A stretch of 64,000 bases of DNA from Yuukianura sp. NJ FZ-2021. Lineage: Eukaryota. Every line of letters begins with the position of its first letter. The first letter of the stretch is position 1. The notes below the pieces were generated by a model. The model did not search any database and had not been told where the DNA came from. It saw only the letters and a program-made list of their open reading frames with translations. This document shows, piece by piece, positions 61,958-64,000 of this stretch. The stretch spans positions 13,392,001 through 13,456,000 of the forward strand of contig CM102285.1 of NCBI GenBank assembly GCA_046563655.1, read 5' to 3'. Both the position numbers and the translations under genes were made by a program.

Positions 61958-62169
61958 ATTATGATAGGATACTTTTTGAAGTTACGTTTCAGTCTTGAAG
62001 TATTTAATTGCTGTAAATTTTTACATAAGAACAACAGATTCTGTTTCGTTGTATTTAATCGTTTAGGTATCGAATTTTAGCAGTTTCTCCTGTATATTTG
62101 CTCTCCTTGATTCCACCGTTGTTGTTTTCCTTGTTCTTTGTTTTGTTCCTTGGTTTTGTGAGTTTGTGG

Positions 62170-62175
62170 AATAAA
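62170..62175 (+). other. Putative poly(A) signal of SF3B3
   Basis: AATAAA ~210 nt downstream of the stop codon. Confidence 0.55.
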
Positions 62176-62600
62176 ATAGGCTATTCGAAATTAAGATCGG
62201 TTAGATTAATGTGAGGTGTTAGGTATATTTGTTCATTGTTTTGACCTGATGTTCCTAAACTGCTTAAACGCGCGAAATTGATCCAAGGTCAATCAACTCT
62301 GTAACTGCTAACCTGACGATCAAGTTGACAGTACATGCTGAGCGCCGAATTCAGCATAAGGTTTGGCTTTTTGCAAAATAGTTTAATTACGAAGTAATTA
62401 ATTAGTTAATTAATTACATGATTTCCAAGTGACAAAGCATGTATATACAGTATCTCATGATGATTCAACATGCTTGTGGTTTTTGTAAATTAATACTCAT
62501 GTTTCCCTGTTGCCTTTCCTAAGTATTTATAAGTTACACTGGTCCAGTCGAAGGTCACGAGAGGTCACTTTTTCATGTTATCTGCCTCGGGATTTGCAAA

Positions 62601-63947
62601 TTAGTGACCATAGTTGAGGTACTTGGCTGCCCAGTCAATTCGTCCAAGGACGCCCGTTTTCTTTGAAGAAGCCTTCTTGAGCGTGTCAGTCTGAAAGGAG
62701 TTTTTGCGTGCTTCGTACGTTGTTCTTCCGAAGGCACTCGGATGACCGCCATCTCCAGCCTCTTTTTGAGTAGATCCGTAATGAATTGGTCCAGTCAACG
62801 TGCTCATGAGTTGTAATCCTGAAATCAAGGTAAAATTTTTGAAATTTTGAATTTTTGAAAATGTTGAAATTTTTTGAAGGGAATAGGTAACCTGGTGGAG
62901 GCTCGTCAGACTGAAACAAACTTCCTCGTCGACTTTGACCGGAAATGTAGCGTGCCAAAACTGCACCAGAAGATCGACTCGTTGGTTTCTTATAGACTGA
63001 AAACCCGTTATTTCCATAACCCCCAATTTCATTGTGGTTTCTGAAAAAAGTGAAAGTATTGCGCAGGAAATTAGGCGATTTCGAGGTCAAATTTTGCATT
63101 GAGTGAATAAGTTTTCGGAAATCGGCGAGTTTTTTCTTTTTTTCTGCAATGTTTCCCATACCTGTCCAAATCTTCATCATTTCTTCGATTTTCTCGTGCT
63201 TCATCTGGGTAGTAATCGTTACTCCTTTCCCATTGTTTTGATGACTGTCGAGTCACAGACGCTTTTTGACTCAAACTGAAACTTAGTTTTCTTGGAATCG
63301 CTTCATAAATTTCAGTTTTAACAGTTTGTAGTGGCAAATGGACTGAAATATGAGGCTGTTGTGCCAAAACCAATGTCTGCGCTAGGAGGTTAGATTTCAG
63401 AAGATTGTTTGATTTCGATTGTTGATGTTGAAGCTGAATCGACTTGTCCATTGCGAGTGCACTAGTGCCGTGTCCGCCATTTTCTCTTGCTGGAACATTT
63501 GAAGTTCGTTGGCGTTGATTTATAGAGTCAAAAAATGGATATCTGAAATATGCAGAGAAGACACGAACATTATGTTATGTGAGATTATTGAGTTTCTGCT
63601 TGGAACGTGCTCCACTTTCTGTCTAGCTTTCTCCGCTGTCACTCTTGAAGCTCTCAAGAAGACGAAAGGTGTTTGAACGTGTCAGTAAATGGTAAGAAGG
63701 CCTTCAGTAATAATTTATGTGGCCCCAATTACAAAGTATGTTATAGGTTTAACTTTTTTTTCATACTTTACCTAAGGGAATGGTTGGCGGTGGGGCGGTC
63801 GGTGGGATTCCAGCGTAGCATGTCCTCGATTAAGTAAATAGCATTTTTGCTAGCGTTGGGAATAAGTCTGTGTAGTGGTGTCTTGTCGAATTGTGGGAGT
63901 TTACAGTTCATTTGTCTCGCCAATTGGTGTCCTTCAGGCCATTCAGT
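62601..63947 (-). CDS. MAK/ICK(CILK1)/DYF-5 family Ser/Thr kinase, 3' part (gene continues beyond window)
   Basis: Exons 63947-63772, 63542-63162, 63040-62892, 62818-62601, in phase. [49 protein letters not shown] resembles MAK/ICK kinase subdomains X-XI. The C-terminal GRIDWAAKY matches the MAK/ICK GRTDWxxKY tail. Confidence 0.88.
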
Positions 63948-64000
63948 CTGGAATTAAAAAAAAGAGCCATTTTTTGAAAGATTTGTGCTTTGTTTGCATT

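Overview
Animal genomic DNA, probably an arthropod; this is inferred from spliceosomal GT-AG introns of mostly 60-250 nt, degenerate TTAGG runs and a Drosophila-type CTCF motif. The first ~47 kb is gene-poor. It holds a few candidate exons of an unidentified + strand gene, an excess of perfect AGGTCA direct repeats, and the 5' half of a METTL9 gene stretched by 2.6-kb and 14.4-kb introns. The last ~17 kb is dense: the METTL9 3' exons, a convergent FAM32A, a 2.5-kb non-autonomous TIR transposon (6-bp TSD) carrying an 11-copy 177-bp tandem array, a complete 18-exon SF3B3 gene, and the 3' end of a MAK/ICK-type kinase. SF3B3 is the most interesting locus. Each of its eight 174-243-nt introns contains a snoRNA-like element (7 box C/D, 1 H/ACA), six with recognisable rRNA complementarity. 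Its 2.2-kb intron 13 is filled by an intact antisense 6-exon P2X receptor gene with unusual substitutions (NWR for NFR, altered TM2, extra cysteines, polyproline tail). Gene models were built by hand from splice signals and phase. Family assignments and rRNA targets rest on recalled reference sequences, not database searches.
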